Origin: an uncultured Hyphomicrobiales bacterium
GTDB taxonomy: Bacteria; Pseudomonadota; Alphaproteobacteria; Rhodospirillales; 2-12-FULL-67-15
Assembly: GCA_964504425.1 (NCBI GenBank)
Contig: CAZDFF010000001.1
Span: 1 to 50,418, forward strand
DNA length: 50,418 nt
Direction: 5' to 3'
In this document: positions 8,752 to 19,819 of the stretch, piece by piece
Numbering within the stretch: the stretch's first letter is position 1
How the letters are laid out: each line of letters begins with the position of its first letter
Notes under the pieces: model-generated
Database searches by the model: none
Told to the model about the DNA's origin: nothing
What the model saw: only the letters and a program-made list of their open reading frames with translations
Translations under genes and position numbers: made by a program

Positions 8752-9828
8752 TCAGTATGGGAACGGCCAGCGCCTGAGCTTCTCCTTCGCAATCTGCCAA
8801 AGCCTGGCCAGCCCGTTCGGCTCGACGATCAGGAAGAACACGATCAGGCCGCCGAAGATCATGAATTCGATGTGCTTCTGAATGTCGGCGCGGATCGCGA
8901 AGCCGATCATTTCCGGCACGTTGGTCAGAAGGATCGGCAGCAAGGTGATGAAGGCGGCGCCCAGGAACGACCCCAGGATGCTGCCCAATCCGCCGATGAT
9001 GATCATGAACAAAATCTGGAACGACAGATTGATGTCGTAGGCCTCGGTCTCGACGCTGCCCAGCCAAAGCGCCAACAGCATCGCGCCCGCGACGCCGCAA
9101 TAGAACGACGAGATCGCGAACGCCAGCAGCTTGGTCTTCAGCGGCTCGATGCCGATGATCTCGGCGGCGATGTCCATGTCGCGAATCGCCATCCACAGGC
9201 GTCCGACGCGCCCACGCACCAGATTCTTGGCAAAAATCGCAAGGATCGTGACGATGACCAACGCCATCATGTAGCGCGCTTCGGCGCTGGCGGGCGGGCC
9301 GACGACGATCACCCCGAACAATTCGCGCGGCGGCACGATGATCGTGCCCGAGGGATTGTGGTTGTAGAACCAGCCGACCTTGTTGAACATCCAGCTCAGG
9401 AAGAACTGCGCGGCCAACGTCGCGACCGCCAGATAAAATCCCTTGATGCGGAGCGAGGGAATGCCGAACAGGATGCCGACGGCGGCGGCGATCAATCCCG
9501 ACAGGACGAAAATCACGATGATGTTCAGATCGGGAAACGCGGTGACCAGCTTGTAGGTCGAGTAGCCGCCGACCGCCATGAAGCCGCCGGTCCCCAGGCT
9601 GATCTGCCCGGCGTATCCCGTGAGGATATTCAGGCCGATCGCGGCCAGCGAGAACACCAGGAAAGGAATCAGCACCGCCTGCAGCCAGTATTCGTTGGCC
9701 ATGAACGGGACCACGGCGTAGGCGATGAACAGGACGAGCGCGATGAATACGCGGTCCTGGGCGATCGGGAAGACCGCCTGATCGGCGCCGTAGGTGGTCT
9801 TGAACTGGCCGGCTTCGCGATAGAACAT
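8752..9828 (-). CDS. ABC transporter permease (LivM-like)
   Basis: 358 aa, polytopic, with the typical LivM N-terminus (MFYREAGQFKTTYGADQAVFPIAQDR...) and the GQISLG motif. Confidence 0.88.
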   Translation of the reverse strand: MFYREAGQFKTTYGADQAVFPIAQDRVFIALVLFIAYAVVPFMANEYWLQAVLIPFLVFSLAAIGLNILTGYAGQISLGTGGFMAVGGYSTYKLVTAFPDLNIIVIFVLSGLIAAAVGILFGIPSLRIKGFYLAVATLAAQFFLSWMFNKVGWFYNHNPSGTIIVPPRELFGVIVVGPPASAEARYMMALVIVTILAIFAKNLVRGRVGRLWMAIRDMDIAAEIIGIEPLKTKLLAFAISSFYCGVAGAMLLALWLGSVETEAYDINLSFQILFMIIIGGLGSILGSFLGAAFITLLPILLTNVPEMIGFAIRADIQKHIEFMIFGGLIVFFLIVEPNGLARLWQIAKEKLRRWPFPY

Positions 9829-9831
9829 TGC

Positions 9832-10767
9832 CTATACCCGCTCGATGATTTTGTCGCCGAACAAGCCCTGCGGACGGAAGACCAGGAATACCAGGGCCAG
9901 CATGTAGGCGAACCAGTTTTCGATCGCGCCGCCGACCAGCGGCCCCCAATAGACCTCTGCGATTTTTTCGCCGACGCCGATGATCAGGCCGCCGATGATC
10001 GCGCCCGGCACGGAGGTGAACCCGCCGAGGATCAGCACCGGTAACGCCTTGAGCGCGATCAGCGCGAGCGAAAACTGGACGCCGCTTTTCGCGCCCCACA
10101 TGATGCCGGCGACCATCGCCACCGCGCCGGCCACCGACCAGACGATGACCCAGATCGTCTTCAGCGGAATACCGACGGACAGGGCCGCCTGATGGTCGTC
10201 GGCCACCGCACGCAACGCCCGCCCGACCGTCGTCTTGTGGAAGAAGAAGGCCAGTCCGGCGACCATCACGGCGCCGATCGCGGCCGCCCATAGATCGAAG
10301 GTATTGAGCAGCAGGCCGTGAAAATCGAACGGCCTGTCGGGAATGCCGACGGACAGCTTCTTGACGTTCGAACCCCACAACGTCTCGCCGAAGCCTTCGA
10401 GGAAGAAATTGAAGCCAATGGTGGCCATGAACAGGATGATACCTTCCTGGTTCACCAGCGGTCGGAGCACCACACGCTCGACGACGAAGGCCAGCACCAC
10501 CATCACCGCCAGGGTGAGGATGATCGCCGCCCATTCCGGTATGCCGCGTTCCATCAGGCCGACCAAGGTCAGGGCCGCGAACAGGACCATGGTGCCTTGC
10601 GCGTAATTGAAGATGCCGGATGCCTTGAAGATCAGCACGAAGCCGAGCGCGACCAGCGAATACATGACGCCCGTCAGGACGCCGCCGATGACGACTTCGA
10701 GGAAAAACAGCGGCGCCTCGCCCATGCTGAGGAAGGGCTTCACGAATATTTCTAGGAGAAGGTCCAT
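9832..10767 (-). CDS. ABC transporter permease (LivH-like)
   Basis: 311 aa, polytopic, with the LivH-like FNYAQGTMV and GAIIGGLIIG segments. It lies 3 nt upstream of the LivM-like gene. Confidence 0.88.
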   Translation of the reverse strand: MDLLLEIFVKPFLSMGEAPLFFLEVVIGGVLTGVMYSLVALGFVLIFKASGIFNYAQGTMVLFAALTLVGLMERGIPEWAAIILTLAVMVVLAFVVERVVLRPLVNQEGIILFMATIGFNFFLEGFGETLWGSNVKKLSVGIPDRPFDFHGLLLNTFDLWAAAIGAVMVAGLAFFFHKTTVGRALRAVADDHQAALSVGIPLKTIWVIVWSVAGAVAMVAGIMWGAKSGVQFSLALIALKALPVLILGGFTSVPGAIIGGLIIGVGEKIAEVYWGPLVGGAIENWFAYMLALVFLVFRPQGLFGDKIIERV

Positions 10768-10791
10768 GAGCCGCTTCTTCCGTTCGTTCCG

Positions 10792-11580
10792 CTAGTGACC
10801 GACGCCGAGATAGGCGTCGATCACGGCCTGGTTGGCGCGCACCTCGTCGGGCGTGCCTTCGCCGATTTTCTTGCCGTAGTCGAGCACCACGACGCGGTCG
10901 GATATGTCCATCACCACGCTCATGTCGTGCTCGATCAGCACGATGGTCGTGCCGAATTCGTCGTTCACGTCGAGGATGAAGCGGCACATGTCCTGCTTCT
11001 CCTCCAGATTCATGCCGGCCATCGGTTCGTCCAGCAGCAGCAGGGTCGGCTCGGCGGCGAGCGCGCGGCCCAATTCGACGCGCTTCTGCAAGCCGTAGGG
11101 CAGTCGTCCGACGGGCGTCTTGCGGATGGCCTCGATTTCCAGGAAATCGATGATCCTCTCGACGAACGCCCGGTGTTCCATTTCCTCCTTCCGCGCCGGC
11201 CCGAAGTAGAGCGCCTGGAACAGGAAGTTGACGTTCATCTTCAGGTTCCGCCCGGTCATGATGTTGTCGAGCGTCGACATGCCGCGAAACAACGCGATGT
11301 TCTGGAACGTGCGCGCGATCCCTTGCGCCGCCGCTTCGTGGGTCTGCATCTGCTTGCGGGTCTGACCCTTGAAGGTGATGGTGCCTTCCTGCGGGTGGTA
11401 GAAGCCGTTGATGCAGTTCAGCATCGAACTTTTGCCCGCGCCGTTCGGTCCGATGATGGCGAGAATTTCATGCTCGCGGACGGAGAAGCCGACGTCCGAC
11501 AGCGCCCTTACGCCGCCGAAGGATAGGCTGATGTTGTCGACGTGCAGGATGACGTCGCCGATTTGCCGCAGCCGTTCCAT
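10792..11580 (-). CDS. ABC transporter ATP-binding protein (LivG-like)
   Basis: Walker A is GPNGAGKSS, the signature is LPYGLQKR and Walker B is LLLLDEPMAG. The C-terminal end is LivG-type (AYLG). Confidence 0.9.
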   Translation of the reverse strand: MERLRQIGDVILHVDNISLSFGGVRALSDVGFSVREHEILAIIGPNGAGKSSMLNCINGFYHPQEGTITFKGQTRKQMQTHEAAAQGIARTFQNIALFRGMSTLDNIMTGRNLKMNVNFLFQALYFGPARKEEMEHRAFVERIIDFLEIEAIRKTPVGRLPYGLQKRVELGRALAAEPTLLLLDEPMAGMNLEEKQDMCRFILDVNDEFGTTIVLIEHDMSVVMDISDRVVVLDYGKKIGEGTPDEVRANQAVIDAYLGVGH

Positions 11581-11589
11581 CGCCCCGTC

Positions 11590-13563
11590 TCAGCTCGCCT
11601 TGCGCATGGGTGCCGCCGCCGAGGCGATGGTTTTGACGTCGCGGATGGCGATCTCGGCGCGAATCGAGCCCTTGCGTCCGTCCTCGAACGTCACTTCGGC
11701 TTGAATCTCGCAACGGTCGCGGTCCGAATAGAGCGCGGCAATTAACGTCCCGTATTTTTCGGCGACGGTGCCGCGCCGGACCTTGCGGGTGCGCGTCAGT
11801 TCGCCGTCGTCCGCGTCCAGTTCCTTGTGCAGAATCAGAAAGCGGTGAATCTGCGATCCCGCGAGGTGCGGATCCTTCGCCAAGTCCACGTTGACCTTTT
11901 CGACGCATTCCTGAATCAAGGCGTAGACGTCGGCCTGGCCGGCGAGATCGGTATAGCCCGAATAGGCGATGCCCCGCCGCTCGGCCCAGTTGCCGACGGC
12001 CTCGAGGTCGATGTTCACGAACATGGCGACGTAATCGCGCGTGTCGCCGAAGGCCACGGCCTCGCGAACGTAGGGAAAGAACTTCAATTTGTTTTCGAGA
12101 TACTTGGGGGCGAACATCGCGCCCGTGGTCAGTTTGCCGACGTCCTTGGCCCGGTCGATGATCTTCAGGTGGCCGCCTTCGTCGAAGAATCCGGCGTCGC
12201 CGGTCTTGACCCAGCCGTCGGCGGTCTTGGTTTCCCGCGTGGCCTCGTCGTTCTTGTAATAGGACATGAAGACGCCGGGGCCGCGGAACAGCACCTCGCC
12301 GGAGTCGGTGATCTTGATCTCGACGTCCTTCGCGGGGGTGCCGACGGTGTCCGGCTTCACCTCGCCGTTGGGTTGGATGGTGATGAAGACGGCGGCCTCG
12401 GTCGAACCGTAAAGCTGCTTTATGTTGATTCCGAGCGACCGGTAGAAGTCGAAGATGTCGGGGCCGATCGCCTCGCCCGCGGTGTAGGCGAGCTTGAGGC
12501 GGGAAAACCCGAGCACGTTGCGGAGCGGCCCGTAGACCAGCAGGTCGCCCAGCCGGTAAAGCAACGCATCCAAGAACGGCACGGGCTTCCGGTCCAGAAT
12601 CTTGGCGCCGACGCGCTTAGCGACGTCCATGAACTTGCGGAACATCCATTGTTTGACGGCGGCCGCGTCTTCCATGCGGATCATCACGGTGGTCAGGATG
12701 TTTTCGAAGATGCGCGGCGGGGCGAAGAAATAAGTCGGGCCGATTTCGCGCATGTCCTGCATCACGGTCTCGCTGCTTTCCGGGCAGCTGACGCAGAAGC
12801 CGCCGACGTAGGACTGAGCGAACGAGAACAGATTGTCGCCGACCCACGCCATCGGCAGATAGGCCATGATCTCTTCGTTTTCGGTCAATCCCTCGCGCTC
12901 GATGCCGTTCCTGGCGGTAATGATCATGTTGTCGAAGCTCAGCATCACGCCCTTGGCGCGACCGGTGGTGCCAGACGTGTAAAGCATGATGGCGAGGTCC
13001 GAGCCCTTGCCTTCGGCGACGGCGGCCTCGTAGGCGCCGGGATGGGCGGCGACGTTGGCGCGGCCTTGCTCTTGAACAGCGGCGTAGCTTTTCAGGAACG
13101 GCTGGGTGTAGTGGCGAAGGCCGCGCGGGTCGGAATAAACGATGGTTTCCAGCTTCGGCAGGTCCGCCTTGATCTCGAGAACCTTATCGACCTGTTCTTG
13201 ATTCTCGACGATGACGAAGCGGACCTCGGCGTGATCCAGCACGTAGCGCATTTCCTCGGCGACCGCGTCCTGATAGACCGGCACCGGCACGCCGCCCAGC
13301 GCCTGCGCCGCGACCATCGACCAATAGAGCCTGGGCCGGTTGTCGCCGATAATGCCGAGCCGGTCGCCCTTGGCGAAGCCGATCGCCTTCAGGCCCATGG
13401 CGAGGGCTTGCACCTGGTCCGCTGACTGGCGCCAGGTGAAGGCCTGCCAGATGCCGTAATCCTTTTCCCGGATGGCGGGATGCTCGCCGCGAACACGGGC
13501 GTTTTCGAGCAGCAGTTTCGGGAAGGTGTCGACGCGGCCGACGTCGCCGTTCGAGACGTTCAT
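11590..13563 (-). CDS. AMP-dependent acyl-CoA synthetase/ligase (long-chain-fatty-acid-CoA-ligase-like), first gene of the ABC operon
   Basis: 657 aa. The AMP-binding signature is LYTSGTTGRAKG, with YGSTE and GDAGFFDEGGHLKIIDRAKD motifs. Confidence 0.88.
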   Translation of the reverse strand: MNVSNGDVGRVDTFPKLLLENARVRGEHPAIREKDYGIWQAFTWRQSADQVQALAMGLKAIGFAKGDRLGIIGDNRPRLYWSMVAAQALGGVPVPVYQDAVAEEMRYVLDHAEVRFVIVENQEQVDKVLEIKADLPKLETIVYSDPRGLRHYTQPFLKSYAAVQEQGRANVAAHPGAYEAAVAEGKGSDLAIMLYTSGTTGRAKGVMLSFDNMIITARNGIEREGLTENEEIMAYLPMAWVGDNLFSFAQSYVGGFCVSCPESSETVMQDMREIGPTYFFAPPRIFENILTTVMIRMEDAAAVKQWMFRKFMDVAKRVGAKILDRKPVPFLDALLYRLGDLLVYGPLRNVLGFSRLKLAYTAGEAIGPDIFDFYRSLGINIKQLYGSTEAAVFITIQPNGEVKPDTVGTPAKDVEIKITDSGEVLFRGPGVFMSYYKNDEATRETKTADGWVKTGDAGFFDEGGHLKIIDRAKDVGKLTTGAMFAPKYLENKLKFFPYVREAVAFGDTRDYVAMFVNIDLEAVGNWAERRGIAYSGYTDLAGQADVYALIQECVEKVNVDLAKDPHLAGSQIHRFLILHKELDADDGELTRTRKVRRGTVAEKYGTLIAALYSDRDRCEIQAEVTFEDGRKGSIRAEIAIRDVKTIASAAAPMRKAS

Positions 13564-13905
13564 GAATGCTTCTCCCTGTTCCCGCGTGCCTCTTCTTAAA
13601 TGGGCATGGCGCCGATTTTCGGTCGCCGGACGCGGGTTACCCCCTTAGAGAGCCATATACGCGCCCGTTTCTCAAGACGAAAAGGCTCTCGGACGATCCG
13701 TCGCGTCTGTCGCCACCCTCCCCGAACGCATATGGACCTGTTATAGTGAACCGCCGGTCGCCATAGTGGGCGAAGGCTTTTGCAAATGGGACCGTAGCGG
13801 TGCCGGTGGATTTCGCCGGACCTTGCCACCGGCCGCCGTGATTCTTTAATTTGCTTTCCGCCGCCCCCGTTTCCCATGGTTTCCCCGGACAAGGAGCCTC
13901 CCCCC

Positions 13906-16587
<2,682 letters not shown>

Positions 16588-16603
16588 CGGATCGCCGATC
16601 GGG

Positions 16604-16628
16604 GAAGCGCGCGTCTCACGCGCGTTTC
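16604..16628 (+). terminator. Hairpin just after acnA (candidate terminator)
   Basis: GAAGCGCGCGT (16604-16614) pairs with ACGCGCGTTTC (16618-16628), with one G-U pair and a 3-nt loop. The only T-run is inside the 3-prime arm, so this is not a textbook terminator. Confidence 0.4.
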
Positions 16629-16676
16629 ACCCCGATGTGATTGGCGAATTTTCCGGCATCGGCGTATAGCCAGCCC

Positions 16677-17438
16677 ATGACGATGGCGTTCATCCGCACG
16701 CTTGCATTCGTTCTCGCCGCGACGGTCGCGGCCGCTCACCATGCCGCGGCGGACGAAGCCAAGGCGGCCAAGCCCATGGCCGTGGTCGAACTGTTCACCT
16801 CGCAGGGTTGCTCGTCCTGTCCGGCCGCCGACGCCTTCCTGGGCGAGCTTGCCAAGCGCGACGACGTGATCGCGCTCTCCCAGCACGTCGCCTATTGGGA
16901 TTACATCGGCTGGAAGGATCCGTTCGCGCTCGCCGAGGCCACCGACCGCCAGCGCGATTATCAGCGGCTCTTCAGCCTCCGTTATGTCTACACCCCGCAG
17001 ATGGTGATCAACGGCGTCGAGCAGGAAGTCGGCTCCAGCCGTCGCCAGGTGTTGGCGAAGATCGAGAAAGCAAAATCCTTGCCCCAGGTGCCGATCGGCC
17101 TTGGACCGGGCGCCAAGGGCGGCGTGAAAATACAAATCGGCAAGGCGCCCGACGGCGACGCCTTCAAATCGGACAAGAACGCCGTTATCTGGCTGATCGC
17201 CTTCGACAAGCGCCACGAAACCAAGATTCCGCGCGGCGAGAACGGCGGCCGAACGCTCGCCAACGTCAACGTCGTGCGCCGGATCGAGCGGATCGGCGAT
17301 TGGAACGGCGAGGCCGCGACGATGTGGGCCCGTACGCCGGCGAAGGGCGAGCCCGGGTCTGACGCCTGCGCCATCGTCGTCCAATCGACGAAATCGGGCC
17401 GTATCCTCGGCGCGGCCCGGATGGCGCTGGCGCAGTAG
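16677..17438 (+). CDS. DUF1223 domain-containing secreted protein
   Basis: Uses the track frame 16641..17438, trimmed to MTMAFIRTLAFVLAATVAAAHHAAADE (a signal peptide). It has ELFTSQGCSSCPAAD and WDYIGWKDPFA segments typical of DUF1223. Confidence 0.8.
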   Translation: MTMAFIRTLAFVLAATVAAAHHAAADEAKAAKPMAVVELFTSQGCSSCPAADAFLGELAKRDDVIALSQHVAYWDYIGWKDPFALAEATDRQRDYQRLFSLRYVYTPQMVINGVEQEVGSSRRQVLAKIEKAKSLPQVPIGLGPGAKGGVKIQIGKAPDGDAFKSDKNAVIWLIAFDKRHETKIPRGENGGRTLANVNVVRRIERIGDWNGEAATMWARTPAKGEPGSDACAIVVQSTKSGRILGAARMALAQ

Positions 17439-17510
17439 GCCGTTTCGTTCGCCCCCTTTTCAATCCTCCGTCTTCCCGTGCTATGACGGCGCCAACCGAG
17501 GAGGACACCC

Positions 17511-17939
17511 ATGACCGATACGATCCGATTCAACCCGCCGGGCACCTGGCCCCAGGCCGGACGGCCCTATAACCACGGCGTCGTGCCGGGCGACGGCCGC
17601 GTGCTGTACATGACCGGCCAAGTCGCGTGGGACGCGGAAGGGAAGGTCGTCGGGCCTGGCAATTGCGAAATCCAGGTCCGCAAGAGCTTCGAGAACGTGC
17701 GCAACATCCTGGCCGCGGTCGGCGGCACGCTGGAAGACATCGTTTCGATGACGATCGTTTTCGTGAATCGCGACGACCTGCCGGTCATCCAGAAGGCGCG
17801 CGCCGAATTCCTGCGGCCGGAAACCGGCCCGGCCAGCATCATGTTCCAGGCGGCGGGCCTGATCGTGCCCGAACTGGTGGTCGAACTGATCCCCGTCGCG
17901 GTGATCCCGCTCGACCGGTTCAAGGAACCTTCGGCTTAA
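17511..17939 (+). CDS. RidA/YjgF/endoribonuclease L-PSP family protein
   Basis: 142 aa with YjgF-fold-like sequence (GQVAWDAEGKVVGPGNCEIQVRKSFENVRNILAAVGGTLEDIV). Confidence 0.8.
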   Translation: MTDTIRFNPPGTWPQAGRPYNHGVVPGDGRVLYMTGQVAWDAEGKVVGPGNCEIQVRKSFENVRNILAAVGGTLEDIVSMTIVFVNRDDLPVIQKARAEFLRPETGPASIMFQAAGLIVPELVVELIPVAVIPLDRFKEPSA

Positions 17940-19819
17940 GCGCCGAGCCCCTTTTCCATCGCCGTCGCCAGCCGGCGCGCGAACGCCTGGGCGTCGGCGA
18001 CCGCCTCGCCTTCGACGATGCGGGCCTGATCCAGCAGCAGGAAGGCGGCGTCGGATAGGTCCTCGCCGCCCTTTTCCGCCTTGGCCGCCAGGCGCCGGAT
18101 CAGCGGGTGGGTCGGGTTCAGCTCCAAGATTCGGGGCACGACCTTGGCAGCATCGATCTGGCGATGCTGGCGCAGCAGCCGTTCGAGATGAATGTCGATG
18201 TCGCCGTCGTCGGAAACCAGGCAGCAGGCGCTGTCGGTCAGGCGATGCGACGCGCGCACGTCCTTGACCGCGTCCTTCAGCGCCGTCTTGAAATGGCCGA
18301 TCAAAGCGTCGATGCCGGGGGCGTCGGTCTTCTTCTCGTCTTCCTTCTTGCCGTCGCCGTCCTTGGCCGCGATGGCGTCCAACGCGGCGCCCGCCCGCGT
18401 CGCCGACTTGAACGGCTTATCCTTGTAGGTGCCCAGCGCGTCGACCCAGAATTCGTCGACCGGATCGGTCAGCAGCAGGACCTCGACGCCCTTGGCCTTG
18501 AAGCCTTCCAGTTGCGGGCTGGCCAGCGCGGCCGTCGGGTTTTCGGCGGCGATGTAGAAGATCGCGTCCTGGCCTTCCTTCATGCGACCGACGTAATCGT
18601 CCAGGCTCGCGGGCGTGTCGCCGGCCGAAGTGCGGAACCGGGCGATGGCGAGGATGGCATCGCGATTGGCTTGGTCCTCGTAGATGCCTTCCTTCAGCAC
18701 CGGACCGAAGTTTTCCCAGAAAGCCGCGTATCCTTCGGCGTCGGCCTCGGCTTTTTTCTTCAATTCGCCGAGCACGCGCTTGGTCAGGCCCGACTTGATT
18801 TTTTGCAGTTTCGGGTCGTGTTGCAGCATCTCACGGCTGATGTTCAGCGAGATGTCCTCGGAATCGACCACCCCGCGCATGAAGCGCAGGTACGGCGGCA
18901 GCAGGTCGGCGCAATCGTCGGTGATGAACACGCGCTTGACGTACAGTTTCACCTTGGCCTTGCGGTCGGGCTGGAACAAATCGAACGGCCGGTGGCCCGG
19001 CACGAACAGCAGGTTCGAATAGCCGACCACCCCTTCGACCTTGTTGTGCAGGGTCAGGAACGGTTCGTCGAAGGCGTGCGCGACGTGATGGTAGAATTCC
19101 TTGTACTGGTCTTCCGTGACCGATTTCTTGTCGCGTAGCCATAAGGCCGATGCCGTGTTCAGCGTGTCTTCCTTGTCGCCGTCCTTCAGCACGACCGGAA
19201 TGTCGATGTGGTCGGCATAGGTGACGACGATGTGGCGGATGCGGCCGGGGTCCAAAAACTCCTTCTCGCCCTTCGAAAGATGCAGGATTACGTCCGTGCC
19301 GCGCGCGTCGCGCGTCGTCTCCTCGATTTCGAACTGGCCCTTGCCGTCGGAGGACCAGCGCCAGGCCGTACTTTCGCCCGCCTTGCGCGTCACGACATCG
19401 ACCCGGTCGGCGACCATGAAGGCGGAATAGAAGCCGACGCCGAACTGGCCGATCAGGTTGACGTCGTCGCTTTTCTCCTTGTCGGCGGCGATCTGGTCGA
19501 TGAAGGCCTTGGTCCCGGATTTCGCGATGGTGCCCAGAAGATCGGCCAGGTCCTGGCGGTTCATGCCGACGCCGTTGTCGGAAATCGTCAGCGTGTTCGC
19601 CTTCTTGTCCGGGGCGACGACGATCTTGAACATACCGGCGCCTTCGCCTTTCGTTCCCTCGGGGTCGGACAGCGACAGGTAGCGCATACGGTCGCACGCG
19701 TCCGATGCGTTCGAGATCAGCTCGCGGAGGAAAATCTCCTTGTGGCTGTAAAGAGAGCGGGCGACGATGTCGAGCAGCTTGCCGACTTCCGCCTGGAACG
19801 TGAATGTTTCCTTGGCCAT
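17936..19819 (-). CDS. htpG: Molecular chaperone HtpG (Hsp90)
   Basis: Uses the track frame 17936..20068, trimmed to the ATG at 19817-19819 (MAKETFTFQAEVGKLLDIVARSLYSHKEIFLRELISNASDA...). This is the canonical Hsp90 N-terminus and length (627 aa). Confidence 0.93.
   Translation of the reverse strand: MAKETFTFQAEVGKLLDIVARSLYSHKEIFLRELISNASDACDRMRYLSLSDPEGTKGEGAGMFKIVVAPDKKANTLTISDNGVGMNRQDLADLLGTIAKSGTKAFIDQIAADKEKSDDVNLIGQFGVGFYSAFMVADRVDVVTRKAGESTAWRWSSDGKGQFEIEETTRDARGTDVILHLSKGEKEFLDPGRIRHIVVTYADHIDIPVVLKDGDKEDTLNTASALWLRDKKSVTEDQYKEFYHHVAHAFDEPFLTLHNKVEGVVGYSNLLFVPGHRPFDLFQPDRKAKVKLYVKRVFITDDCADLLPPYLRFMRGVVDSEDISLNISREMLQHDPKLQKIKSGLTKRVLGELKKKAEADAEGYAAFWENFGPVLKEGIYEDQANRDAILAIARFRTSAGDTPASLDDYVGRMKEGQDAIFYIAAENPTAALASPQLEGFKAKGVEVLLLTDPVDEFWVDALGTYKDKPFKSATRAGAALDAIAAKDGDGKKEDEKKTDAPGIDALIGHFKTALKDAVKDVRASHRLTDSACCLVSDDGDIDIHLERLLRQHRQIDAAKVVPRILELNPTHPLIRRLAAKAEKGGEDLSDAAFLLLDQARIVEGEAVADAQAFARRLATAMEKGLGA

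Noticed and set aside
8044-10987. 666-aa plus-strand ORF (8044-10044) and 768-aa minus-strand ORF (8681-10987)
   Set aside because: Both overlap the LivM-like and LivH-like permease genes and part of the binding-protein gene, antisense or out of frame. The products are Arg/Asp/His-rich and lack TM helices. The permease frames are clearly the real ones.
11827-13425. 532-aa plus-strand ORF
   Set aside because: It is antisense to the acyl-CoA synthetase gene, which has the LYTSGTTGRAKG motif, and it has no recognisable domain.
13564-13905. Irr/ICE-type iron box (TTTAGAA-N3-TTCTAAA) or Fur box upstream of acnA, and the small track ORFs 13566-13766 and 13596-13892
   Set aside because: No palindrome resembling these boxes is visible. 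The two small ORFs have unprotein-like composition and overlap each other on opposite strands.
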